Assembly: GCA_030704615.1 (NCBI GenBank)
Contig: CM060732.1
Coordinates: 2,480,001-2,544,000 of the forward strand
Length of the DNA: 64,000 nt
DNA from: Takakia lepidozioides
Lineage: Eukaryota; Plantae; Bryophyta
Reading direction: 5' to 3'
Below are positions 33,976 to 47,005 of the stretch, one piece after another. Made by a program: the position numbers and the translations under genes. Position 1 is the stretch's first letter. Every line of letters starts with the position of its first letter. The notes under the pieces are model-generated. The model worked only from the letters and a program-made list of their open reading frames with translations, made no database searches and was not told where the DNA came from.

Positions 33976-36551
33976 AAGAAACTTGAGCAAAGTTCAGGGC
34001 CTCATTGGCCAGGATGATGTTGTCTAAAAGCATACGCTTCCTAACAAAACCAGATTGAGAAGGACGAATAATGAGAGGCAGAATCCGCTGAGATGAATGG
34101 CCACAGTCTTGGCAATAATTTTATATGAAACATTTAAGAGAGTAATCGGCTGATAGTTGGAAATGAGGGATCGGTCTCCCTTTTTGAAGATAAGGGAGAT
34201 GACACCCTGGGCCATTTGCGACGGCATAATCTATTTAAAAGAGATGTCATTAACCATGTTAATGAAATCTTCAGATAAAGAGGGCCATAAGGCTTTGTAA
34301 AACTCAGTGGGAATACCATCCAAACCAGGGGCTTTGAAGTCTTTAAGGCCAAGAAGTGCATCCTGCAGTTCCATGACTGAGAAGTCCTCGTAGAGCGTGG
34401 AGGCTTGGGATTCTGAAACCATGTGAGGGATGTGGTCCCAGGAAGACCTACGAGCGTTGTAACTAAGCAATGAGGGATCCTCACCCTTAAAGAGACAAGT
34501 ATAGAAATCAGCAGCTACCTTGTTGATTGCAGGAGGATCAGAAACCATAGAATTATTATAGTCCATCTGACCCGCAATGGATTGAGCAGCAAAACGCTGC
34601 TTAGTCTTAGAAAAAAATAAATTAGTCATTCGTTCACCCTTAAGGGACCAATTGACCCCAGCTCTAACCCTTAAAAATTCTTCTCTAGACTTTTGGATAG
34701 CCAACAACCCCTTCTTAGCCTCTAAGAGGGAAGAGAGAGTAGAGGGGCCACATTTGTTTCGTTCTGGTTTCTTCTGGCATACCGAGATACACTTGATGAA
34801 CCCCCGTTCAAGCTTAGAGCTACGAAGGGCCATGTCTTTGGAAAGCAAAAGGGCAAGCCTCCTACAGGCTTCCAACTTGTTAACGAATTTCAAAGTGGGG
34901 GAGGAGATATGAACTGCAGTAGAATGCCAGCAAACTTTCAAGGACTCCAAGCAGCTAGGGCTTTTAAGAATAGAAGAATTGATTTTTGGGAAACCCTTTC
35001 CTCTAGATCTAGCGCCAGGGGTAGAAATCCTAGCCTTGACCTCGGCATGGTCAAAAGTAGGGAGGATAGGGCCCATAGGGATGTAGCAAGCCTAGGAGCA
35101 AGTAGAGGAGGAGAGGTAGATTTTGTCCAGACGCACCATGGCCAGCTCAGGAGGAGCTCTGTTGTTTGTCCAAGAGTAGGCGGGAGAAGGAGGGAAGGAG
35201 TAATGGTCTGCAAAACCCTTAGACAGAATCAGAGATTCCCACATATAATATATTTCGCTCAGAGGATGGGAAACTATGGAGCAAATTACCATATCTATCA
35301 GATGGAGATTCTACCATATTGAAATCCCCGGCCATCAGCCAATGGTCCGTCTTGGGGGAAGCAAGGATACATAGCTTAATGAGAGCCCAATTTTGGGTAC
35401 GCTCAGCAGAGGAGTTGGAGGCATAGACATTAATAATCCCAAGAGAACCTACATTATTGGGAAGCTTAAGGAACAAACATTGAATCCTACCTTGTAGCCA
35501 AATCTCATCACGAATAATAGAGGGAAGGAGCACAGGACTGACCCAGATAGCCGTGCCAGTGCGCGAGTCCACGATGGTGGGGTTCCATCTTGCCGCTGCA
35601 GCAGGCCAGACCTGGCTGCCAAGAGAGTTGATTTTAGCTAAGGTCATCTTATGTTCTTGGATGAGAGAGATGGAAGGGGGGGAGAGTAATTGGGAAGCCC
35701 AACGTTTTATTTTAGCTCTCTTTGGGGCCGTTGCATCGGAGCCCATGCCCCGAATATTCCAGGAACTCAGGACAAAGTTCGTGTAGGCCATAAGAGAGGC
35801 AGGCTCAGGTGGCATTCCTGAATAGATGGCCTGAATATAAGAGAGGAAAACTTTGTACGTCTGTCATGGAAAGGTAAAGCAGATATCCAGTGAAGGAGGG
35901 GGGATTCCACCATTAAAGAATCTGCTAACTGAACATGTCCCATTAAGGTTTGCCCAGACTTGGCATTACGGCCTGTGGAGACATTGAATTGGAGTTTCTT
36001 ACGGGGAATCAAAGTGAAGTCTTATTCCCTTAGGTGACATCCCAGCAAAAGAGAGAGATCGAAAGAGATGAGAGAGGGAAGACAAAGATCTTGGTGAGGG
36101 AGCAGAAGAGCCAAGAGGGCTTTAGAGGAAGGGAGAGCCACCAAGACTTTGCAGCGTTGGGGAGATAGAGGATCTAGAGCAGATATGAAGAAAGGCAGAA
36201 CCACCAACTCAGACGGGTACTTGAAATTATTACGGTACTTGTCTACGCCGTTCGATCATAATTAAATCGGGCCCATATTCTTTGGTCCATTTGGAAAGCT
36301 AGATGCGTTTGCTTGTTCGAGGGGAAACGCCCCAGCATCAAACTGATTCTTTACAAGTTATTCTCTCGTCTGATGACTGAGGGCGCAAGGCGTGGGTGTC
36401 TATGCAAACAGCTTCATGCAGGTGCAGTGATAGAAGGAGACAACAACTTTTCTTGGCCTTCGGCCTCACCTGGGCACCCGGATCTCTGACTCTAGAATCT
36501 CTTGGAATGTTAACTTCCCCAGATAATGGGAAATCACCTGCTGATTCAGAT
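33976..36551 (-). mobile_element. LINE (L1-like) fragment: APE endonuclease and start of RT, 3'-truncated
   Basis: SWNIRG, IQEHK, INVYA, AGDFN, RLDKIY; KAPGLDGIPTEFYK; ISLIFKKGD..NYQPITLLNVSYKIIAK. Frameshifted. The upstream part (35800-36551) is only tentatively assigned. Confidence 0.88.
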
Positions 36552-36772
36552 GGGGGCTGCTATTTCATGAGCGGCATGAGCATGAACGGGGGAAAAAAAA
36601 GCATGAGCAGACCATTGTGAGTCCACGGAAATAGGGTTAGGAGGCACGGAAATAGGGTCATGTGAAGTTGGAATGTGGTACCAGTGGACTTGAAATGCAA
36701 CATTTTATTGCAAATTTTGTGGCAAGCCACGTCTATACAAGTGTGTTCTAACTGTCATAGCCGGCATGGGCA

Positions 36773-37212
36773 CTACTCTCCTACACCCTCCGAGGAACTT
36801 GCCCCACCTTCTTCCTCATCCCCCTCATCCCCCTCATCCTCCGAGCTCTGTGATGCATCAGTTCCACTATGCCTCTCAAAAATCCCGTCCTCTTGGGGGA
36901 CTGTCCACCTCACCTCCTGGGAATCTTCTGCATCTTCTCCCCCACTTTCCTCAGCTGAATCCAAGACAAATCTATGAGCCTGACGGGCTCTAATAGCTGC
37001 TGCCTCCTCCCTCATCTTCATTTTCTTGAGGCTTGCCTCGTCTAAAATCTGTTGTACACGACTAGGTTCGGAACACCTCCTAATGGACACCGAAGCAAGC
37101 CGGGCAACATAAGTAGGAAGGATGTAGTCCCTTTCTGGACTAGGCATGAAATCCCCCCTGGCAAAAAAATGCACGTTCCTCCTGCCCATGAACTGCGGTG
37201 TAGACGTCCCTC
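36773..37212 (-). CDS. Acidic-tailed probable terminal exon (B2 copy)
   Basis: Near-identical to 12175-12614, with the same AG acceptor. Confidence 0.45.
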
Positions 37213-37314
37213 CTACAGTAAGAACAAATCCACTTGAAGAATGTCAATACCAGCAGAAGCAGAAACGGTCTTTCAATGAAATAAAAACGCCACGAAAAAA
37301 AAAAAAAAAAAAAA

Positions 37315-40300
37315 AACACCATTTTTCCAGTTCGGGGCCGAAAATGGCTAAGTCCCATATCTGACTGGGCCCAGAACTGGAAAAATGGCGCCGAATTTCC
37401 GATTTTGGTGCCAGTCGGATCTGGGACTTAGCCGTTTTCGGCCCCGAACAGAAAAAATAGCGTTTTTTTTTTTTTTTTTTTTTTTTTTTTCCCGGTGCCA
37501 TTTTTCCAGGTCGGGGCCGAAAATGGCTAAGTCCCAGATCTGTCTGGGCCCGGAACTGGAAAAATGGCGCCGAATTTCCGATTTTGGTGCCAGCCACCCT
37601 AGGGACTTAGCCATTTTCGGCCCCGAACTGGAAAAATGGCGCCATTTTTCCAGTTCGGGGCCGAAAATGGCTAAGTCCCAGATCTGATATGGCGCGGAAC
37701 TGGAAAAATGGTGCCGAATTTCCAGTTGCAGTTCCAGCCATCGTAGGGACTTAGCCATTTTCGGGGCCCTGAACTGGAAAAATGACACCATTTTTCCATT
37801 TCGGGGCCGAAAATGGCTAAGTCCCAGATCTGACTCGGCCCAGAACTGGAAAAATGGCGCCGAATTTCCGATTTTGGGTGCCAGTCAGATCTAGGACTTA
37901 TCCGTTTTCGGCCCCGAACTAAAAAATGGCGTTTTTTTTTTTTTGTTTTTTTTTTCGGCGCCATTTTTCCAGTTCGGGGCCGAAAATGGCTAAGTCCCAG
38001 ATCTGACTGGGCCCAGAACTGGAAAAATGGCGTCGAATTTCCGATTTTGGTGCCAGCCACCTTAGGGACTTAGCCATTTTCGGCCCCGAACTGGAAAAAT
38101 GGCGCCATTTTTCCAGTTCGGGGCCGAAAATGGCTAAGTCCCAGATCTGATATGGCGCGGAACTGGAAAAATGGTGCCGAATTTCCAGTTGCGGTTCCAG
38201 CCATCGTAGGGACTTAGCCATTTTCGGGGCCGAAAATGGCTAAGTCCCAGATCTGACTCGGCCCAGAACTGGAAAAATGGCGCCGAATTTCCGATTTTGG
38301 GTGCCATTCAGATCTAGGACTTAGCCGTTTTCGGCCCTGAACTAAAAAAATGGCGTTTTTTCTTTTTTTTTCTTTTTTTTTTCGGCGCCATTTTTCTAGT
38401 TCGGGGCCAAAAATGGCAAAGTCCCAGATCTGACTGTCACCAAAATCGGAAATTCGGCGCCATTTTTCCAGTCATGCAGGTAATTCGAAGAGCGGATGGA
38501 TGGAAATCCGGCTCCGGATTTCCATCCGCCAGGTAATTCGGCGCGCAAAATTTCCGTCATGCAGGTAATTCGAAGAGCGGATGGATGGAAATCTGGCGCC
38601 GGATTTCCATCCTCCAGGTAAGTCGGCGCTGCAAATTTCTGTCATGCAGGTTACTTGTGAGCGGATGGATGGAAATCCGGCGCATGATTTCCATCCGCCA
38701 GGTACAAAATTTCCGTCATGCAGGTAATTCGGAGCACGGATGGATGGAAATCCAGCGACAGATTTCCATCCTCCAGGTAAGTCGGCACGCAAAATTTCCG
38801 TCATGTAGGTAATTCGAAGAGCGGATGGATGGAAATCCGGCGCCGGATTTCCATCCGCCAGGTAGGTCGGCGCGCAAAATTTCCATCATGCAGGTAATTC
38901 GGAGCGCGGATGGATGGAAATCCGGCGCCGGATTTCCATCCTCCAGGTAAGTCGGCGCTGCAAATTCGGTAGGGCGGCACGCCAAATTTCCCTCACGCAG
39001 GTAATTCGGAAGCGGATGGATGGAAATCCGGCGCCGGATTTCCATCCGCGCAGGTAGGGCGGCGTGCCAAATTTCCCTCAAGCAGGTAATTCGGAGGCGG
39101 ATGGATGGAAATCCGGCGCCGGATTTCCATCCGCAAGGTTGGTCGGATAGCGGATGGATGGAGATCCGGCGCCGAATTTCCATCCTGCAGGTAATTCGAA
39201 TCCCGGATGGATGGAAATCTGGCGCCGAATTTCCATCCAGCAGGTAAGTCGGATCGCTGGCGTATGGATATTCGGCGCCGAATTTCCATTCGCCAGGTAT
39301 TTCGAAGCGCTGAATTACCTTCCTGCAGGTAATTCTGAGCGTGTCCGATTGATTTTTCGGAGAAAAACAAACCTAACTGTTTGTTTTGTGGTTGAAGTGC
39401 ACTTGTAGACACGTTTTTCTTGGAATCCTTGACTGCTAGAGGCAAATCGGAACAGCCTTGGACGGAAATTCGGCGCCGTTTTTCCATTCTAGGAGGTTTT
39501 TACGACTTCCTTTGAGGGGGCCCCGATGGAAATTCGGCGCCGAATTTCCATCCGGGGGATGGTCTCTGTCGGAGAGGTGCCGGCCTCTCCGCCACTCTGT
39601 TGGATATTCGGTGCCGAATTTCCGTCGGGGGGTTGAAATATGACGGCCAGGTGCCGGCCTCTCCCCCCTCCCTGATTGCATTGGAACGGCCCCGGATGGA
39701 AATTCGGCGCCGTTTTTCCATCTGGGGAGGTTTTTATGTCGGCCAGTTTTTGGCCTGACCCCCCGACACGATTTCCTTTGGGGGGGCCCGGATGGAAATT
39801 CGGCGCCAAATCTCCATATAAGGGATGCTCTCTGTCGAACACGTGCCGGCCTCTACGCCCGAGGCGACTTCATCCGGGCGTCCCCTGTTGGATATTCGGT
39901 GCCGAATTTCCGTCCGGGGGTTGAAATGTGACGGCCAGGTGCCGGCCTCTCCCCCCTCCCCGATTGCATCCAAACCGCCCCGGATGGAAATTCGGCGCCG
40001 TTTTTCCATCTTGGATGTTTTTATGCCGGCCAGTTTTCGGCCTGACCCCCCGACACGACTTCCTTTGGGGGGGCCCGGATGGAAATTCGGCGCCGAATGT
40101 CCATCCAGGGGATGTTCTCTGTCGCACACGCGCCGGCCTCTGCGCCCGAGGCGACTTCATTCGGGCTTCCCCTGTTGTATATTCGGTGCCGAATTTCCGT
40201 CCGGGGGTTGTAATGTGAGGGCCAGATTGCGGCCTTTCCCCCGAGCCGACTGCATCCGAAAGGCCTCGGATGGAAATTCGGCGCCGTTTTTCCATCCGCG

Positions 40301-40490
40301 GAGATTTTTAGGTCGGCCAGTTTTCGGCCTGACCCCCCGACAGGACTTCCTTTGGGTGGATCCGAATGGAAATTTGGCGCTGAATTTCCATCCGGGGGAT
40401 GTTTTCTGTCGGACAGGTGCCGGCATCTCTGCCCCAGACGACTTCATCCGTGCGGCCCTGTTGGGTATTGGGTGCCGAATTTCCATTCGG
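37315..40490. repeat. GGCGCC-centred palindrome array (B2)
   Basis: Same three zones as B1, with extra units. A short related cluster also lies at 44530-44890. Confidence 0.92.
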
Positions 40491-40790
40491 GGGTAGTAAT
40501 GTGACGGCACGGTGCCGGCTTCTCCCCTTCAGCCGACATCATCCAGTCGGCCCCCCACTTGCTGACTGCATACCGTTGGCAGTTATTGCGCAAAGACCAT
40601 GGGCCGCATTCCGGAGACAAGGTTCATTAACACTCTGACTCTGGATTTTTGAGATAGTTGGCTCCCTGGATTTGGATCAGGCTTCGTCGCTCGGACAAAT
40701 CGGCACCGCATTCCTTCCCATCGCTGCATCCCCCTTCTACCAGGGAGCTTCCCCGCACGCCATCCTGGCAGTCTTGTGTGCACATCTCCC

Positions 40791-43700
40791 ATGGCGGAAA
40801 ACCCGAGCGCTATAGTGTACTGCCCTCCTCACGAGCAGCTAGAGCTTCATTTCCGTGCAGAGGGGACATCTGCCGGGTGATGGAGAAATATCTGTGCGTT
40901 CGATACCACCTGAAACCGGGGTCGGTTTTTTTGGAGGAGGAAAAGAAGGACTCAAACGGCCTTGTTGTCGAGAGTATTGTTGTGCTCCACGATAATTTCG
41001 GCGATGGCAGGGAATGGCGAGTTTCACCATCGGACAGCGTCATATACAGGGCTGTTGGGGACTTCATTTGCCCACCAAATGCACCTTCTATCCTTGCGCC
41101 TTCCACGAAACAATCCACGAATAAGAGAGTGGCTACCTCAAAGAGAGAAGTCCGCAACGAAGTAAATCCAGAGCCGAACCCATCCATGAAGACGAGCGAG
41201 AACCGGGTTGTTCACAACCTGTCCGACTCAGACGAGGTCATGGAAGTTCCGAGGTCGTCCTGGAGATCAGGCAAGTCCTCAATGGACGTCAGTGGAGGAG
41301 GGAGTCATATTCCCAGCACGACCACCGCAGTTCGATCTATTCTTGAAATTCTACGAGGGCTTCACCTGGAGGGACACCGGTCGGAGCTGGCCGGGCTGGA
41401 CTACAGCAAGTTCGCAATTAAATCGGTTACATGCCTTCCCGCCGACGTCGACGGTAATATCTTCCCTCCTCGGGCGGACTACTCGAGGGCGTCCGGAATG
41501 TTGACAGATATGGATAGAAAACATGACGGTCATCCTTGGTGCGTTACCAAAAACCACCAGCATGAAGATGCTCGATGGTGTGCGGGTGCGCTACGTTGTT
41601 TGTGCGGGCGCGTTGCGGTGTTTTCTCCCCAACTTGCTTCCACTTTAAATCCAGAGGTCACGGAACGAGACCGATTGGACAGGCACAGCTCATCAACCAT
41701 TTCGAGCTCAAGAGAAGGTTCCGAACTCCACATTTAAGTGTGTGCATTGCAAAGAACCACCACACTGCATGTCTGTTTGTAATGCCAAGCAGTTCTATGT
41801 GTTGCACCGTTTCCCTGACCTCACCCGAGCTTGCATACACGTTGGTTCCCATTGTCACAAATTTGGCGAGGGGGAACTCGCGGGAGGCTGCCCACGAGGC
41901 AGAGCAGCTCGTTCAGGAGGAGGTTAAGTTGAGACCGGGTGCCAAACCCAAACAGATACAGCTCCAAGCCGCCCATAAGATGGCATTGGCCAGAATTATG
42001 TCGGAAGACGGCTCCGATAGAGTTCCTCTCGATGAGAAGGAAATGGAGGCATTACTGGAGTCGGTGTCCCACGTAGGTTCACCGAATGTCCAAACCACAT
42101 TGTCTCATGCAAACAGAAATTGGGCGTGGCTCGGATATGCACTCCATTCTGGAGGTGAAGCGATGATGTGGATATGACTACATTCATGGAAGTAGGTTTC
42201 CAGGACAAGGGACTGAGGCAGATCGTTGTTTCGTATTCAAAATGTCCACGTGTGGACCTGGCAGCGGCGTCGAACTGGTCGACAGGATGACGAGTGGGGA
42301 CTTGTCAAACAGTTGGGTCATGTTCGACCATATCAAGCGAATTACAAATCACCAGTGGGTGACAATGGGTGCACATGTCTACGACACCCACTGCAGGATG
42401 CTAATGACATTGCTATTTGTGAGATGAAAGGAGAGGACACACAATCGGAGATGCTTCTTTGGCAGGGAATAAACGAACAGACGGCCAAGGCGGGATTGCC
42501 CCCTCCCAATTTCCGTGGTTTCATGGCGGACAACGCACAAGCAAATTGGGGCTGCCATCCGAAGGGTGTACGGGCAAGACCCCAATGTTCCCATGGAAGG
42601 CAAGGAGAGATCTTGTGGGTTCTATTTTCTGCAGAGCCTTTCGTAGTACACAACCAGGCTCGTGGCGCCAGATTTCAGAGAGGAGCACCGTTCCATGTGC
42701 CTTGCGTGGAAGCGCGCTCCCACCTTGGATGATGCAGAGACACAGTTTGCATGTATACGGGCTTGGTGGACATCGTCAGGTGCTGTAAGGAAATCAGACG
42801 AGGGAGCAATGGTCAGTTGGCTAGCATGGTGGCATTATCGTTTCCTCCAGTTCGGCGACTATATGCGGGAGGTGAGTTGCACGAATTCGCGTCCCGTTGA
42901 ATATTATTCTTGGCCATATTTGTAACTTGCTTGTAACCTCAACATGTGCTTGTGCAGGAAATGTGTCTCGACTCCGACACCGACATGCCCACGACAAACA
43001 TGGCTGAATCAGTGCACTCTTCCTGGCGTGCCTCCTCTGCGGCGCATCTGGTGGACATCCTCACTGCCACAACGGAGGACATTGTGAGGTCAATTATGCA
43101 GCAATGCAGGTACAACGAGTTCTTGAAAGGGAAACAGTGGGGCTTGGGGCCGGACAGGCAGGAAATGCTATAATGCGGACTGCCTCTAGATCGAAGAATC
43201 CTCGGAAGTGGGCGGCGGCCTTGCGAGAGGGCCTTCGGGACACGCCATTGCTGCGAAGAGGCCAACATTTGGAAGGAGATGTTCATACCCGTCCAGTGAG
43301 ACGAAGACTTGACGAGGCACCTGGCGGAGAAGAGGATTCATGGCGAGCTGACAAGAATATTCGCACGCTCCCTCGTGGTCCGGTGATGTTGCCCGAGGAG
43401 GTCTCGTCGAGCACCGCAAGTCCTGCACATTCAAGATCGCCATCTCCTTTGAGCACAGGGCGCGTGCTCCGGCAACATAACGAGCCATCTGTAGTAAAGC
43501 AGTACAACTTCCCATTGTGGAGACAAGAGTGTCGGAGTCACAGTGGAGAATTGCGAGGACATTGTCGGCATTTCGAGGGAAGTGCTGCGCCATCCGGGTG
43601 GATACGAGAGCACGCTGTGGTGAGATGATTTGGAGGAACCCACACGGTGCTGTACCTGCACCTTGTTTCAGTGGCAGATTTTTGACTCCCACATTTGCTC

Positions 43701-44377
43701 ACGCCACAACGCAGACATTTGGTTCTGTAGGCACGACATAATGACCTGTATATTTGGCAAGCCCAAGTACGGGATTCAGGGAATGCCGGAGCCTCCGGGC
43801 GTCTGGCCTGTTGCACCGGGTTGCAGCCCTCTCTCAGAATGAGGCGGATGCTCTATCTGCAGCAGGATTTTGAATGGTGCAACGCACAGACATCCCGGCC
43901 CACGCATTTCCGTTCCTCAGACCCAACCATTGCAGACTGCTCGGTCCAATAGAGACGGATTGGACAATTCTGCACATCCCACAATGCGATTCGGAAGAGT
44001 GAAGAGACGACACCCTCCCAACAAGTTGAATGAGACTCAGATTGCCAATGCTCTTGGGATGGCTTGCACTATTCAGAGCTCCGTGGACGTACCCCCACCC
44101 GGCCTTGGGTGTGGTGTATCGGATGGCAACGGCCGGCTCGGCTGTACGCGACGATGTATACACAATTACGATTGGAGTGGAGCCGACTTGCAATTGTACG
44201 GACTTCTCGTTGATGGAAGCAAAGAAGGGTTCGAAGTATTATCCGTGCAAGCATCTGTATTACATTTACCTGAAGAGGTTGAGGATGAACGTGACTATTG
44301 ATGAATTTATTCATGCACCGGCGTTGAGCGTGAACGAGCTGCACAAACTCCTCCTTAGGGATTCCAGAAATCATTGA
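40791..44377 (+). pseudogene. MULE-like transposase (GCM-like Zn domain, DDE core, SWIM), frameshifted
   Basis: WVMFDHIKR (first Asp), FRGFMADNAQAN (second Asp), ERSCGFY (CxxH position), TTNMAESVH (Glu), CNCTDF...YYPCKHLY (SWIM). GT-AG intron 42872-42957. Confidence 0.88.
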
Positions 44378-45123
44378 TGGGGCAAAGGAATCCTCCATAT
44401 GGATATTTTCAATTGCATTTTGTTGTATCAGACTTTTTTTTGCAGTGTAATGAATGCACCCCAAACTCCTGGAATGAGGCAATATTCCATTCAAACTGAG
44501 ATCCAACAAAGCAGTTGTGGGGCCATTTCTGGAAAAATGGCGCCGAATTTCTCTTTTTGGGGCCGAAAACTGGCTAAGTCCCAACATGCACTGGTACCTG
44601 TGTCAAGGAAAATGGCGCCGAATTTCTCTTTTCTGGGCCGAAAACTGGCTAAGTCCCAACATGCACTGGTACAGTGTCTGGAAAATGGCGCCGAATTTCC
44701 CTATATTGCGCCGAAAACTGGCTAAGTCCCAACATGCATTGGAAAAATGGCGCCGAATTACCTGTCATGAGGGGACCTATAGTCGCGGAATTCGGCACCA
44801 TTTTTCGCCAGAGAGACCTATTACCGCGAAATACGTCGCCGTTTTTTCAGGTTACGGACCCTTTACCACGAAATTCGGCGCCATATTTGCACATGTCGCT
44901 GGGAATTGGCATGAGCGCAAGACGAAATATCATGAGCACAACTGTCAAAACTGCAATTTTCCCCTTCAAGGGACCGAATAATATATTTGTTTTTCCTGAC
45001 ACATTGCATTAAATTATTGTTTTTTATTGTTTTTTATTTTCGAAATTTGTACTTCTGCTCATGAAAACCAATTGTCTTACTACTCCGCTCATGCCGCTCA
45101 TGCTCATGAAATAGCAAACCTCC

Positions 45124-46881
45124 TCAAACAGTGTGCGTTGACGCACACTGTTTGAGCTGCCAGGTAAGTGTTCATTGAACCGCAGACACATGCCTTGTAC
45201 TGCCGAATTTCACAGGGGAAAAACAGTGACAAGGCGTGCTCAAACAGTGTGCGGCAACGCACACTGTTTGAGCTGCCAGGTAAGTGATGATTGATCCTCA
45301 AATACAAACCCTATGTGGCCGATTTTCAGATGACAAATGCAATGACATGGTGAGCTCAAACAGTGTGCGTTGACGCACACTGTTTGAGCTGCCAGGTAAC
45401 TGTTCATTGAACCTCCGAGACAAACCCTATGTGGCTGATTTTCAGATGACAAATGAAATGATATGGTGAGCTCAAACAATGTGCGTTGACGCACACTGTC
45501 TGAGCTGCCAGGTAAGTGACGATTGAACCTCAAATACAAACCCTATGTGGCCGATTTTCAAATGACAAATGCAATGATATGGTGAGCTCAAACAGTGTGC
45601 GTTGACGCACCTATCTGAGCTGCCAGGTAAGTGACGATTGAACCTCAAATACAAACCCTATGTGGCCGATTTTCAAATGACAAATGCAATGATATGGTGA
45701 GCTCAAACAGTGTGCGTTGACGCACACTGTTTGAGCTGCCAGGTAAGTGATGATTGAACCTCAAATACGAACCCTATGTGGCCGATTTTCAGATGACAAA
45801 TGCAATTATATGGTGAGCTCAAACAGTGTGCGTTGACGCACACTGTTTGAGCTGCCAGGTAAGTGATGATTGAACCTCAAATACAAACCCTATGTGGCCG
45901 ATTTTCAGATGACAAATGCAATGATATGGTGAGCTCAAACAGTGTGCGTTGACGCACACTGTTTGAGCTACCAGGTAAGTGATGATTGAACCTCAAATAC
46001 AAACCCTATGTGGCCGATTTTCAGATGACAAATGCAATGATATGGTGAGCTCAAACAGTGTGCGTTGATGCACACTGTTTGAGATGATTGAACCTCAAAT
46101 ACAAACCCTATGTGGCCGATTTTCAGATGACAAATGCAATGACATGGTGAGCTCAAACAGTGTGCGTTGACGCACACTGTTTGAGCTGCCAGGTAAGTGA
46201 TGATTGAACCTCCGAGACATGCCCTGTATTGCCGAATTTCATAGGGGAAAAACATAGACAAGGTGTGCTCAAACAGTGTGCGGCAACGCACACTGTTTGA
46301 GCGCCAGATAAGTGTTCATTGGTCCTCAGAGACATGCCCTATGTGGCCGATTTTCAAATGAAAAAGGCAATGATAAGGGTAGCTCAAACAATGTGCGCCA
46401 ACGCACACTATTTGAGCTTCCAGGTAAGTGATGATTGATCCTCAAATTCATACTCTATGTGGCCGATTTTCAGATGACAAAGGCAATGACAATGTGAGCT
46501 CAAATAGTGTGCGTTGACGCACACTGTTTCAGCTGCCATGTAAGTGATGATTGATCCTCAAATACATGCCGTTTGTGGCCATTTTTCAGATGAAAAAACA
46601 ATGACAAGGTGGGCTCAAAGAGTGTGCGCCAACGCACACTGTTTGAGCTGCCAAATAGTGGAGAATTGAGCCGGGCATAGTGGCCCTATCTGGCCGTTTT
46701 TCACACCATCAACCAAGTAAAATGCGGGGCTCAAACAGTGTGCGTCAATGCACACTGTTTCAGCATCCAATTCGTGGTGGATTTAACCTGCCGTAGTTCC
46801 CCAATTTGGCCGTTTCAGACATCAACAAGCCAGCAAAATGGAAGGCTCAAACAGTGTGCGTCAACGCACACTTTTTGAGCT
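45124..46881. repeat. Tandem array, about 116-bp period, 16 palindromes AGCTCAAACAGTGTGCGT-TG-ACGCACACTGTTTGAGCT
   Basis: 18-bp arms with a 2-nt centre. Spacers are near-identical centrally and increasingly divergent toward 46881. Confidence 0.95.
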
Positions 46882-47005
46882 TCTTGTTCGCCGTTGATGC
46901 AACCTGGCAGAGATGCCGTGTGTAGACTATGTTGATATCGAAATAGAATCTCAACTTGGGTTCACATCAGCAATGAAGCACAAAGGTGGGTTTCAAAGAT
47001 TGTAC

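Larger units (their letters stand above)
36552..45123 (+). mobile_element. MULE-like family B, copy B2 (full-length structure, degenerate ORF)
   Basis: Termini GGGGGCTGCTATTTCATGAGC ... GCTCATGAAATAGCAAACCTCC match B1. No TSD (left flank TTCAGAT, right flank TCAAACA). Confidence 0.92.

Noticed and set aside
45104-46335. Cys/His-rich ORFs resembling zinc fingers
   Set aside because: Translations of the 116-bp tandem repeat.
45124-46881. CRISPR array
   Set aside because: Spacers are homologous to one another and about 80 bp long, no cas genes are present, and the context is a eukaryotic intron.
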